Assembly (NCBI GenBank): GCA_050015075.1
Contig: JBEKCB010000003.1
Span: 1 to 64,000 of the forward strand
Source: Candidatus Brocadiia bacterium
Lineage (GTDB): Bacteria; Planctomycetota; Brocadiia; CAIUPP01
DNA length: 64,000 bases
Direction: 5' to 3'
Both the position numbers and the translations under genes were made by a program. The first letter of the stretch is position 1. Each line of letters begins with the position of its first letter. Shown piece after piece: positions 1-9,100 of the stretch. Below the pieces are notes generated by a model, which did no database searches, was not told where the DNA came from, and saw only the letters and a list, made by a program, of their open reading frames with translations.

Positions 1-132
1 GATAGGATAATCGCGTACAACTTGACCGATCCTCAAGGCCCGGCCCTCCAGTACCTTGGTCAGTTTACCCACTGGCACGATACTGAATGTCGGGCCTTCT
101 TTCTACTCGAAAAGTGCGAAACTATAGGCTAG
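1..132 (+). CDS. 3' end of a possible upstream gene (partial, hypothetical)
   Basis: Frame 1 is open from base 1 (DRIIAYNLTDPQ...EKCETIG) to TAG at 130-132. This TAG is part of the CTAG that opens the first palindrome. Confidence 0.35.
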   Translation, partial: DRIIAYNLTDPQGPALQYLGQFTHWHDTECRAFFLLEKCETIG

Positions 133-150
133 TTACGTATCGTATCTAGT
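129..150. repeat. Palindrome copy 1 (CTAGTTACGTATCGTATCTAGT); candidate PadR operator or insertion site
   Basis: Variant of ACTAGRTACG-TAT-CGTATCTAGT, about 155 bp upstream of the padR start. Confidence 0.8.
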
Positions 151-304
151 CACCGGTCAAGGCTTGTGGGTTGCCCTTCGGGAGGCGGAAGCGCTGCGCG
201 GACAGAGGAAACTCGCCCGATTATTTGCAGGCGAGCGTTCATCCCGGTATGCTGATATCCGATACGACCCTGCGACGGCAAGACCTCGTAACGGAGGAGC
301 GCCT

Positions 305-634
305 GTGCAGACTTGGGCAACGCAAGTGCGAAAAGGGTTGATCGAGCTGTGGATCCTGGGGCATCTCTCGCAAGGTCAAAGCTACGGTTATCAGTTGCGA
401 GAACTCCTTTTCGAAGGCGGCCAGAAAGTCCCCGGCGCGACCGTTTGCAGGGTCTTGGCGAGATTTCACCGCGAGGGTTGGATCACGGTCCATGACGGGT
501 ATTCACCGCTTGGACCGCGCCGGCGGTACTGCAGGCTTTCCCCCAAAGGCGAGCGGCGCCTCGCGCAGATGAAACGCCACTGGCAAGCCATGGCGCGCGC
601 CACCACAGAGAAGTCCCTCCGAACGAAGGGCTGA
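305..634 (+). CDS. PadR-family transcriptional regulator
   Basis: Motifs QVRKGLIELWILGHL..SYGYQL and GPRRRYCRLSPKG..W match the PadR winged HTH. GTG at 305 follows GGAGG at 293-297; the ORF track starts at 164. Confidence 0.85.
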   Translation: MQTWATQVRKGLIELWILGHLSQGQSYGYQLRELLFEGGQKVPGATVCRVLARFHREGWITVHDGYSPLGPRRRYCRLSPKGERRLAQMKRHWQAMARATTEKSLRTKG

Positions 635-1040
635 GGCCGCCCCTGCGCCGCCGGCCCGCGGCAGGAACGTTCCGCGCTGAACACCGATCGCCACCTCCTA
701 ACAGTTGCCAAAAGCATCCACTAGGTACGTATCGTATCTAGTGAGGCGTCCCCGAAAGGCGCGCCGAAAATGAGTTGCATAATGCGCCGTCATTCCGAGC
801 GAATCCCTTCGGCCCTGAGCCCTTCGACAGGCTCAGGCCTTCGGCTCTGAGGCCCAGGCTCGAAGAGGCCATGAGCGCAGTCGAACGGCTCGAGGCCGAA
901 CGGCGAGGAATCTCATCCGCTGCGCTCTGGCACCGGTTTATGGTGTGAGATGCTTCGCCGTTCGGCCTTGAGCTCACGGCCGAAGGGCTGCGTTCATGCA
1001 TGATTCCGATAAGGAAGGCCCTGAGCGAAACACCACGCTA

Positions 1041-1086
1041 GTGTTTAGTTGCGTAAATTGGTGTACCAATTTACGAAACTAAACAC
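1041..1086. repeat. 46-bp near-perfect palindrome
   Basis: GTGTTTAGTTGCGTAAATTGGT-GT-ACCAATTTACGAAACTAAACAC: 22-bp arms with one mismatch, starting at a CTAG. Confidence 0.9.
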
Positions 1087-1136
1087 GGCCCAACGGAACT
1101 CATAACTCGGTATAACGACGCGGTTTATTGCGGTCA

Positions 1137-1179
1137 TGCTTCCTTGCGGAAATGAGACGCCTATTTCCGCAAGGAAGCA
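1137..1179. repeat. Perfect 17-bp-arm inverted repeat abutting the palindrome at 1179
   Basis: TGCTTCCTTGCGGAAAT-N9-ATTTCCGCAAGGAAGCA. Confidence 0.9.
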
Positions 1180-1805
1180 CTAGGTACGTATCGTATCTAG
1201 TGTGGCATCCCGGAAGGGCACGCCGAAAACAAGCTGCATGATGCGCGGTCATTCTGAGCGAAGCGAAGAATCTCATACGCTGCGCTTTGGCAACGGTTTG
1301 TGGTGTGAGATGCTTCGCTGCGCTTAGCATGACAGAGCGTGAACTTATGTACGTTACTTGCGGGACACGATACTAGGTACGTATCGTATCTAGTGTGGCA
1401 TCCCGAAAGGGCACGCCGAAAACAAGCTGCATGATGCGCGGTCATTCTGAGCGAAGCGAAGAATCTTATACGCTGGCCTCTGGCAACGTTTATGGTGCGA
1501 GATGCTTCGCTGCGCTCACGCATAATTCCGATAAGGAAGGATCGGAGTGAAACACTGCACTAGATACGTATCGTATCTAGTCTGGCGTCCCGGAAATAAC
1601 ATACATAAGTCCAGCCTGCGTCATGCTGAGCGCAGCGAAGCATCTCACACCTTAAACCGTTGCCGGCGTATGGCGTATGAGATTCCTCGCTCCGCTCGGA
1701 ATGACCGCGCATTACGGAACTTATTTCTGAAACGCCAAACTAGTGCGGCGTCCCGAAAAGAAGCTGCATAATGCGTGGCCCTTCCGATCGGACTCGGACC
1801 CGCCG

Positions 1806-2900
1806 TCAGATCCCGAAGCGCGCCTCCACCGTCTTCTCGAAAGCGCCGATCCCCTTGGCGCCGTCGCCGCGGAAGCCGGCGTGCTGCACCAGGTACACTC
1901 GCACCAGGCCGCGCTTCATATCAATCGCCATATTGGTCGCGTGCGCGCCGCCGTGGCCGAACCAGCCGTCGCCCACTCCCCAGCCGAGACCGTAGCTCTC
2001 AGCGATGCCCGGGCCGGTCTGTCGCCTCGTCATCTCGCGGACGGCGGCTTCGGACAGGTAGCGCGTTCCCTCGAAGCTCCCGCCGTTGAGCACCATCCGG
2101 CAGAAGCGCGCGAGGTCGCCCGCCGTGGAGAAGAGGCCGCCGGCCGGCACCGGCTGCCGCGCACGGTCATCAAGCGGGTAACGGAGCTGCGCGATGGGAG
2201 TCTCCTGGAGGTCGGTGCCGTCCGCGTTCGGCTTGTACGATTTCGCCAGGCGGGTCGCCTGCCGCTTACTCGGCCGGAAGGTGGTGTCCTTCATCCCGAG
2301 CGGCCCGAAGAGACGCCGGTCCAGGAACTCCTCGTAGGGCATGCCGCTGACGACTTCGATGATGCGGCCGGCGGTGTTGATGCCGGCGTTGGAGTACTGG
2401 TACTTGGTGTCCGGCTCGAATTGAAGCGCCATCGCGGCGTAGCTTGCCGCCGCCACGCGCAGCGGAAGCAGGTCCAGCGTGGGCGCTTCCATGGGCGAGG
2501 TGAACGCCAGGCCGCTGGTGTGGCTGAGGATGTTGCGCACCGTGATGGGATGCCGCGGTTTCCGGAGCAGCATGTGGTCGGCGTCCTGCTCGACGCAAAG
2601 CCATTGGCCCTTGAATTCCGGCAGGTACGTTTCCACGAGGTCGTCCAGCCGCACCTTGCCTTCATCCACGAGCATCATGAACGCGGAAGCGGTGATCGGC
2701 TTGGTCTGCGAAGCGACCCAGAAGAGCGCGTCCGCGCGCATCGGTTTGCCGGCGGCGATGTCGGCGAAGCCGGCCGTCTCGACGGCGCGCACTTTGTCGC
2801 GGTCGGCCACCAGCATCACGGCGCCGGCCACCCAGCGCTGGTCAATGAACGGCTGCAGCGCCGCAGCGAATCGCCCGCGGCGAGGAACACGAGTTGTCAT
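1806..2900 (-). CDS. Serine hydrolase, beta-lactamase (class C/AmpC-like) family
   Basis: SxxK (SQTK), ILSHTSGL, YSN, GGLFSTAGDLARF and HGG motifs. Confidence 0.9.
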   Translation of the reverse strand: MTTRVPRRGRFAAALQPFIDQRWVAGAVMLVADRDKVRAVETAGFADIAAGKPMRADALFWVASQTKPITASAFMMLVDEGKVRLDDLVETYLPEFKGQWLCVEQDADHMLLRKPRHPITVRNILSHTSGLAFTSPMEAPTLDLLPLRVAAASYAAMALQFEPDTKYQYSNAGINTAGRIIEVVSGMPYEEFLDRRLFGPLGMKDTTFRPSKRQATRLAKSYKPNADGTDLQETPIAQLRYPLDDRARQPVPAGGLFSTAGDLARFCRMVLNGGSFEGTRYLSEAAVREMTRRQTGPGIAESYGLGWGVGDGWFGHGGAHATNMAIDMKRGLVRVYLVQHAGFRGDGAKGIGAFEKTVEARFGI

Positions 2901-2907
2901 CGGCGGC

Positions 2908-4089
2908 CTACCTCACTCGATAAAGATGCACGTCCCAATCCCGAAACTGGTCCCGAAACTTGCCGTCCGCCGGCTCGATCTTCCGGTCCTCGCCGAGCAC
3001 TTCGACCTGCGCGCCGGCGGCGAGACCGTCGAGGGTGAAGGCGGCTTCCGTTTCGCCGGGTTTCATGGCGACGGCAAAGACGCAGGTCGCTCCGCCCTGC
3101 TTCTTCACCATCGTCGCCACCGGCACGTCTTTGTTCGAGCATTCCACCTTGACCGTGTCCTGCACGGTGGCGCTGTTCAAAGCAGGCGCCAGTTCCCGGA
3201 CCTGCTTGTTGATCGCGGTCACCGCGGCGAGCATTTGCGGGTCGTTCAGGAGCGCACGGTCGGTGGACCTGGGCTTGAATTCATGGCAGAAATAAATGAT
3301 TCCCCGGCTCCCATGCACCAGGCTCATCCAGACTTCCGCTTTGACCTGCCTGGGCGTCGCCTTGGTATCCCAGTTGACCCGCGTGCACTCGATGATGTTC
3401 CAGACGATCTTGCGCCCTTCGCCCCACCGGATCAGCCGCTCGACGCCCCGGGCGACGAAATCCAACTGGCCTTTGACGCGCGGGTCCGAGTTCGCGGCGG
3501 GGAAGAACTCGAAGAAGGCGATGTCGCATCCCTTGAGGTATTCCGGGTAGTCCTCGGGATGGTTGTTTCGGTCGCCGCGGCCGTCCCAATCATCCCAGGC
3601 CACGGCCTGGCTCAGGGAGATGAACTCCGGCCGGGAAGGATCCGCCTTGCGGAGCGCTTCGTACTGCTGGACGACCTTGGCCAGCGGCACGGGCGGCCGG
3701 CGGCCGTTGCCTCGCGGGCGCGCCACGGATTCGTCCGGCACGCCGCCGGCCAGCCAGCCGACGATCGTTGGATCGTTCTTATGCGCCAAGCCCACGGCAT
3801 TCTGGTCGCAGACGACCTGCATTCCGCATTTCTTGAGTTCGGCAAGCTGCGCCTCGGTCGGCCCGTTCCAGAGGCCGACGTAGAGATTGACGCCCGCGCT
3901 CTTGTACCTGGGCGCATAAGCCGGCTCCTGCGTGAAGACGCCGATGGGGAAGAACGAGGCGTCCTGCGACGGCCCGTTCTTCCATGGCGCATACGGACTG
4001 GAGGGCTGAGGGTTCGCTTCGTCAGCGCCGCCGGCGATGGTTGCCGCCAGCAGCAAGGCGCCTATCGTCAGGAGTCGCCGCCCGATCAT
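2908..4089 (-). CDS. Secreted hypothetical protein, glycoside-hydrolase-like (TIM barrel plus C-terminal beta domain)
   Basis: N-terminal signal peptide; FFPIGVF, IVGW and EVWMSLVHGSRGIIYF resemble GH42/beta-galactosidase-like hypotheticals. Confidence 0.6.
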   Translation of the reverse strand: MIGRRLLTIGALLLAATIAGGADEANPQPSSPYAPWKNGPSQDASFFPIGVFTQEPAYAPRYKSAGVNLYVGLWNGPTEAQLAELKKCGMQVVCDQNAVGLAHKNDPTIVGWLAGGVPDESVARPRGNGRRPPVPLAKVVQQYEALRKADPSRPEFISLSQAVAWDDWDGRGDRNNHPEDYPEYLKGCDIAFFEFFPAANSDPRVKGQLDFVARGVERLIRWGEGRKIVWNIIECTRVNWDTKATPRQVKAEVWMSLVHGSRGIIYFCHEFKPRSTDRALLNDPQMLAAVTAINKQVRELAPALNSATVQDTVKVECSNKDVPVATMVKKQGGATCVFAVAMKPGETEAAFTLDGLAAGAQVEVLGEDRKIEPADGKFRDQFRDWDVHLYRVR

Positions 4090-4107
4090 CTTCGCTGCTC
4101 CTTATGT

Positions 4108-5442
4108 TCACGGTTGCGCGGCGGCGCCGGCCAGGGTCACCGGCACGAGCTCGATGCCTTTGCCGAGCCCCAGGTTGCGCGAGTATTTCTTCTCCTCGGC
4201 GTTATTCCAGTGCTCATGGACGCCAAGGCTCGCGGGCCGCGTCACGCTCGCCGCGTGGTCCGGGTCGTAGAACGTTCCCGAGGGCGGCCGCTCCGCCTGC
4301 GCCGCCTCGTTCAGGTAGTCGTCCACGCCGCTCATGCGCGGATAGTCCGCCCATTCCGTCCAAAGAAAATCGAAACCGACGGAGTCAATCGCCACAGGGT
4401 CCTGCGAGGCCAGAAGGCTGGAAGCCCAGTGGCCGTTGAAGGGCGCCGACTTCCACCTGCGCGGCGCGGCGTCTTTCTCGTGCGTGCCGGGATAGAGGCC
4501 GTCAATCATGTAGAGGACCGTCTTCCCGCCGAAGTGCGCGTGCGCCATCAGGTCCACCAGCGGCCGGTACGAGTGCGGCTCTTTGCGGAACGCGCCGCGA
4601 TGCATGTCGAAGTATCCGCGCTCGCCCGGGTAGCGCACGAGCGAGCCGTAGTGGTTCTTGGCGCAAAGGGTTATGCCCGCGCCGGCGTGGGCCTTCAGGT
4701 TGGCCAGGTTGACGAGGTACTCCGCCTCCGCAATGAAATCGGGCAGGTAGTCCTGCTTCACGCCCTCCGGTCGGCAGCTCCAGAAGAACGGGACCGCCGA
4801 CGGCTTGGCCCGGACCCGTCCCAGCTTGCCGAGGCAGTCCACATAACGCACGTTCGGGAACTCGGAGTGGAGGAAATCGTAATACTCGTTCGCGAAGATC
4901 GCCAGCGTGTCGCCGAGGAAAATGTCCGCTTCCCGCACGCCCGCGACGGCGATGAGTTGCCGAAGCAGCGCCAGCATGATCTGCGGCGAGGTGTTCATGT
5001 AATTCCAGTCGCGCACCATCGCCAGCGTGTCCGGAGAGACGGTCTTCATGCCGCTGATCAACCCGACGAGGTTCACCTTGACAGCGACCTTCTCGCCCGG
5101 CCGATAGCCGGCGTCGCCCCGGCCGCGCGTCCTGTTGAGATGCCGGAACAGGTTGTCCCAGGCGGCGGCGTCGGACGCTTCGCCGGTCAGCTCGCGGAGC
5201 GCCCGCGAGACCATCCGGTCCGCTTCCTGCTGGCTCGTGTGCGCGGGTTCCCACCAATACCCGTCGCCCGGCCCGCGCCAGACCGCGGCCTCCGGGTCAT
5301 GCACCCACACCACGCGGCCGGGGTGAATGCCCTTCCCGTCGCCGACCGACGCCAGCCGATCCAGGTCGGTCCCGTGCGCGGCCGGCCTGCTCGACAACGT
5401 CGGGCCAGCGACCGGCGATGCCGGAGTTGCGCGATAGGTCAT
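4108..5442 (-). CDS. DUF362 domain-containing protein
   Basis: GEKVAVKVNL, LVNLANLKAHAGAGITLCAKNHYG and SQDPVAIDSV motifs. Start uncertain (5442 or 5487). Confidence 0.8.
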   Translation of the reverse strand: MTYRATPASPVAGPTLSSRPAAHGTDLDRLASVGDGKGIHPGRVVWVHDPEAAVWRGPGDGYWWEPAHTSQQEADRMVSRALRELTGEASDAAAWDNLFRHLNRTRGRGDAGYRPGEKVAVKVNLVGLISGMKTVSPDTLAMVRDWNYMNTSPQIMLALLRQLIAVAGVREADIFLGDTLAIFANEYYDFLHSEFPNVRYVDCLGKLGRVRAKPSAVPFFWSCRPEGVKQDYLPDFIAEAEYLVNLANLKAHAGAGITLCAKNHYGSLVRYPGERGYFDMHRGAFRKEPHSYRPLVDLMAHAHFGGKTVLYMIDGLYPGTHEKDAAPRRWKSAPFNGHWASSLLASQDPVAIDSVGFDFLWTEWADYPRMSGVDDYLNEAAQAERPPSGTFYDPDHAASVTRPASLGVHEHWNNAEEKKYSRNLGLGKGIELVPVTLAGAAAQP

Positions 5443-5635
5443 AGCGTCCCGCCGCCTCATCAAACCGGCCATGTGAAAAACGGGCATCCTCGCGTTAAGC
5501 CGGGTCTTCCCATTTACCGTCAGGTCGCGCGAGGCCAGGCATCAAACGTTATATTGTGAGGCCTGACCGCACTCTCGTCAAGTAACCGTCCGCCGGCCGC
5601 GTCTCCGACCCGCAGGAAAAATCCGCGACGCCCTC

Positions 5636-5668
5636 TTGACACGGACCCTCAGAGCGATTACATTTGTA
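5636..5668 (+). promoter_or_regulatory. Sigma70-type promoter with overlapping BlaI/MecI operator
   Basis: TTGACA (5636-41), 17 bp, TACATT (5659-64). TACA-TT-TGTA (5659-68) is the canonical BlaI/MecI/CopY TACA-N2-TGTA box. Confidence 0.8.
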
Positions 5669-5705
5669 TGCGATAAGCGCGTTGTGAAACAGAGGGAGCC
5701 CGCCT

Positions 5706-6107
5706 ATGAGCCGCAAGGAAGTTCCTCCTCCGCGTTCGCTTTCCGATTCCGAGTGGGAAGTCATGAAGGTCTTGTGGGAGCACGGGCCCCTGGCCGCCCG
5801 CGACGTCTATGCTCACCTGGCCGGCGCGCAGCCTTGGGCCCACGGCACCGTCAAGACGCTCCTGCGGCGCATGGTGCAGAAGCGCTGGCTTGCGTACACG
5901 CGCGTGGGCAATTCGTTCCTCTATCGCTCGGCCGTGCCGCGCCGGAAGGGGCTGCGCGCGGCCATCCGGCAGTTCTCCGACCGCGTCCTGGGCGGAGCGC
6001 TCTCGCCGTTCGTGGCCTATTACGCCGAGGAAAAGCGTCTGACTCCCGAGGACGTGGCGGAACTGGAGAAGCTCCTGAAACGCCATCAAAAGGGAAAGGG
6101 CGACTGA
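5706..6107 (+). CDS. BlaI/MecI/CopY family transcriptional repressor
   Basis: LSDSEWEVMKVLWEHGP..WAHGTVKTLLRRMVQK; directly upstream of an M56 gene. Confidence 0.93.
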   Translation: MSRKEVPPPRSLSDSEWEVMKVLWEHGPLAARDVYAHLAGAQPWAHGTVKTLLRRMVQKRWLAYTRVGNSFLYRSAVPRRKGLRAAIRQFSDRVLGGALSPFVAYYAEEKRLTPEDVAELEKLLKRHQKGKGD

Positions 6108-6108
6108 G

Positions 6109-9100
6109 ATGGCAACCTTTCTGGCGATGATGAGCCGCGTGTCTCATGCCTGGCTCGCGTGGATGTGGCCGATGGCCTGGCAAGCGGCGCTGATGGGACT
6201 CGCGGTCCTCGGCGTCGCCCTCATGGCCCGAAAGGCGTCTCCCCGCTTCCGGTACTTCCTGTGGTGCCTGCTGCTCCTCAAGCTGTGCCTGCCGCCGAGC
6301 CTGGCCTTTGTCACGGGCGCGGGCCGATGGGTCCTGCCGAAGCAGGCCGCCGCGGTCTCCTGGGCGGCGCCTCGCTCGACCGCGCCGACCGCTCCGTCGC
6401 CTGAAGGAGTCGCCGCGCCTGCCCGGCCCGCGCCCAGGGCCGAATCTGAGCCGGCGGTTTCCGCTCATCGAGCGATAACGCCCGCAGCCGCGCCCGCAGC
6501 AAGAGCGGCTTTCCATCTCTCATGGCCCACAGCGCTCTTCGGGAGCTGGTGTTTTGGAGTGCTGGCGCTGGTGTTCCTCTTCCTGGTTCAGCATCGCCGC
6601 ATGGGACGCCTGCTGGCGGCGGCCCGGCCGGTCCATGACGAGAGCGTGCTCCGTCTGCTCGAAGAAGCCAAAGCGGCGCTCGGCATATCTTCGCGCGTGA
6701 CGCTCGTGAGCGTGGAGAATCTCCATTCGCCAATTCTCTTCGGCGTGCTGCGCCCGCGCATTGCGATCCCGCGCGCGGCGCTCGAATCGCTACCGCCCGA
6801 GCAGATCCGCCCGATCCTGCTGCACGAACTGGCGCACCTGCGCCGCAAGGACCTGTGGGTGAGCTTCATCCAGTTGCTCGTGCAGGTTCTCTACTGGTTC
6901 CACCCGGTCGTCTGGCTGGCCAACAGGCAGTTGCGCCGCGAGCGCGAGTTGATCGTGGACGACATCGTCCTCGCGCAACTTCCGGGCCAGCGCGAGAGCT
7001 ACAGCGCATCGCTCCTGAGCATCGTCAAGCAGGGCGCGCAGCATCAGTTTTTCACGCCCGCATACGTCGGGATCGTCGAGACGGCCGGGACCCTGGCCGC
7101 GCGGCTCAAGCGCGTCCTGGACACGAACCGGAAGCTCTCGCTGCGCCTGGGATGGGCGGGGATCATTTTGCTCCTGGCGCTGGGGCTGGTCCTGATCCCG
7201 CAGGCGCACTCGCAGACGAAGAAGGAGAATTCGGCGACTCAGGCCAAGCAAGACTTGCCGGCGCCGACACCGCTGGCGCAGCCGCAGACCGCGGTGCTCA
7301 TCAAGGGAACGCTCCTGGACGACCAGGGCCGGCCCGTGGCGGGCGCTCGCGTCACGACCATGCCGATGTGCGAGGATGCCCCGCTCGACCCGTTCAAACC
7401 GGACATTGACGTTACGACTGACGCCGAAGGGCGGTTCGGGGCCCGCGTCAAAGAGGGTGACTACTTCGCCCTGGGACGCAAAGGGCTTTTGACTTCCGAC
7501 GGCGGGCCCTGGGAGGAACGCCAGTGGCACGTCGTGGCCGGAAAGCCCATGGACCACTTCACGCTTCACCTCAAGAGCGGCGGTCGCGTGACGGGCACGG
7601 TTACCAACCTGGATACCGGCGCGCCCATCGCCGATGCCGGCGTTGTGGCCGAGAGCGGGCATACGACCGCCACCGACGCGCAGGGGCGGTTCGAACTGGT
7701 CGGCCTTGCCCTGAGCGAACACACGCTGAAAGTCATCAGCCCCGGCCGGGCCAATACGCACCAGGCGATCAACACGACCGGCAAGCCGGATTACGACGTC
7801 AAGATCGAGATGGCGCGCGGCTTCGTCGTCCGCGGCCGGGTCGCCGACGAGGCGGGAAAACCCGTCGCCGGCGCGCTGGTCGCGGACAATTACTCCGGGA
7901 GCACGATTCACTGCTCCATGCAGCGCTGCCTGACTGACGCCGACGGGCGCTACGAACTCAAGAGCTACCCCTTCACGCGCAAGCTCTGGAGCATGTCCGT
8001 CAATCACAAGGACTTCGCCTCCGTCACCAGGGGCGATCTCGATCCGCCCGCGCAGGGAGATGTGCTGACGGTGGATTTCACGCTGGGCCAGGGCTTTGCG
8101 GTGGATGGGGACGTGCGCGACGAGGCGGGCAAGCCGGTCAAAGGGGCGCTGGTCAGTTATTCCGCCGACCAGGCCTACGTGCTCTACCAGGATACGCGGA
8201 CGGATGAGAACGGCCATTTCCGGCTCGGGCGTATTTCCGAGGCGCGCGAAGATTCGATCTGCGTGCTGGCCAAGGGCTTTGCGCCCGCCGACCAGCGGGC
8301 CGCGCCCGGAAAAGGCGACGAGGTCCCGCACATGGACTTCACGCTCTCGCCCGGCCACAACGCCTCGGGCCGAGTCATTGACGCGGCCGGAAAGCCGGTC
8401 GCGGGGGCGACTATCCAAGCCCTGCGGCCTGTCTCAGGACAACCTCGCGGGAGTTACTTCGGGCCAAGGATTGACACCGACGCGGAAGGACGTTTCAAGC
8501 TCGACAGCCTTCCCGCGCAGGGAGTGACGGCCGACGTTTGGAAGCAGGGCTATTCCGCCGTTCGTCAGGCGCCGATCACCGTGGACGGCGAGACGGAAAT
8601 CCGCATGGATCCGGCCGGGGTCATCAAGGGCCGCGTCGTGGATGAGACGACCGGGCAGCCGGTCACCTCCTTCAACGTGCGGCTCGACATTTCGAGAAAC
8701 ACCGTAGAAGGGCGTCCCTTCGGTTCGTTCGCGGCGTACCTGCGCGGACGCGGTCAGGACTGCCGGGCCGACGACGGCTGTTTCACAATCGAAGAGCTGA
8801 TCTGCCGCGCCGCGTACGTGGTCGTTGTCACGGCGCCGGGCTACGCCGAAACGAGGCTGGAGGAGGTCATCGCGCAGCCCGAGGAATCGCGCGGCTGGCC
8901 GCTGGCGATCAAGCTCGGCAAAGGCGTCCCCTTCACCGGCACGGTGACCGACGCGCAGACCGGCAAGCCCATCGCCGGCGCCGACGTGCTGCTGATCCGG
9001 TCTGCCGACCCGCTTCGCCAGGTGCCGCTGCGGGTCTTTGAGGAGCGCGACCGGTATGTCTTCTCTTCGGACCTGGCGCAGTCGGACTCGGAGGGGCGAT

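Larger units (their letters stand above)
720..1775. repeat. Array of ~165-300 bp REP/MITE-like units separated by 23-bp palindromes (720-742, 1179-1201, 1372-1394, 1559-1581)
   Basis: ACTAGGTACGTATCGTATCTAGT occurs three times, plus one perfect ACTAGATACG-TAT-CGTATCTAGT. Units carry the hairpin GTCATTCTGAGCGAAGCGAAGAATCTC...GAGATGCTTCGCTGCGCTYAGCATGAC. Unit 1582-1744 is inverted relative to 1202-1371. Confidence 0.9.

Noticed and set aside
720-1581. CRISPR array interpretation of the 23-bp palindromic repeats
   Set aside because: The intervening sequences are 164-436 bp, homologous to each other and partly inverted, and there are no cas genes in the window.
738-1771. Short ORFs (76-108 aa) within the repeat array
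   Set aside because: They are translations of the REP-like repeats (RFFASLRMT, HAERSEASH) and I saw no independent evidence that they are coding.
2479-5559. 1026-aa plus-strand ORF
   Set aside because: It is the antisense shadow of three well-supported minus-strand genes; long stop-free antisense frames are expected at this GC content.
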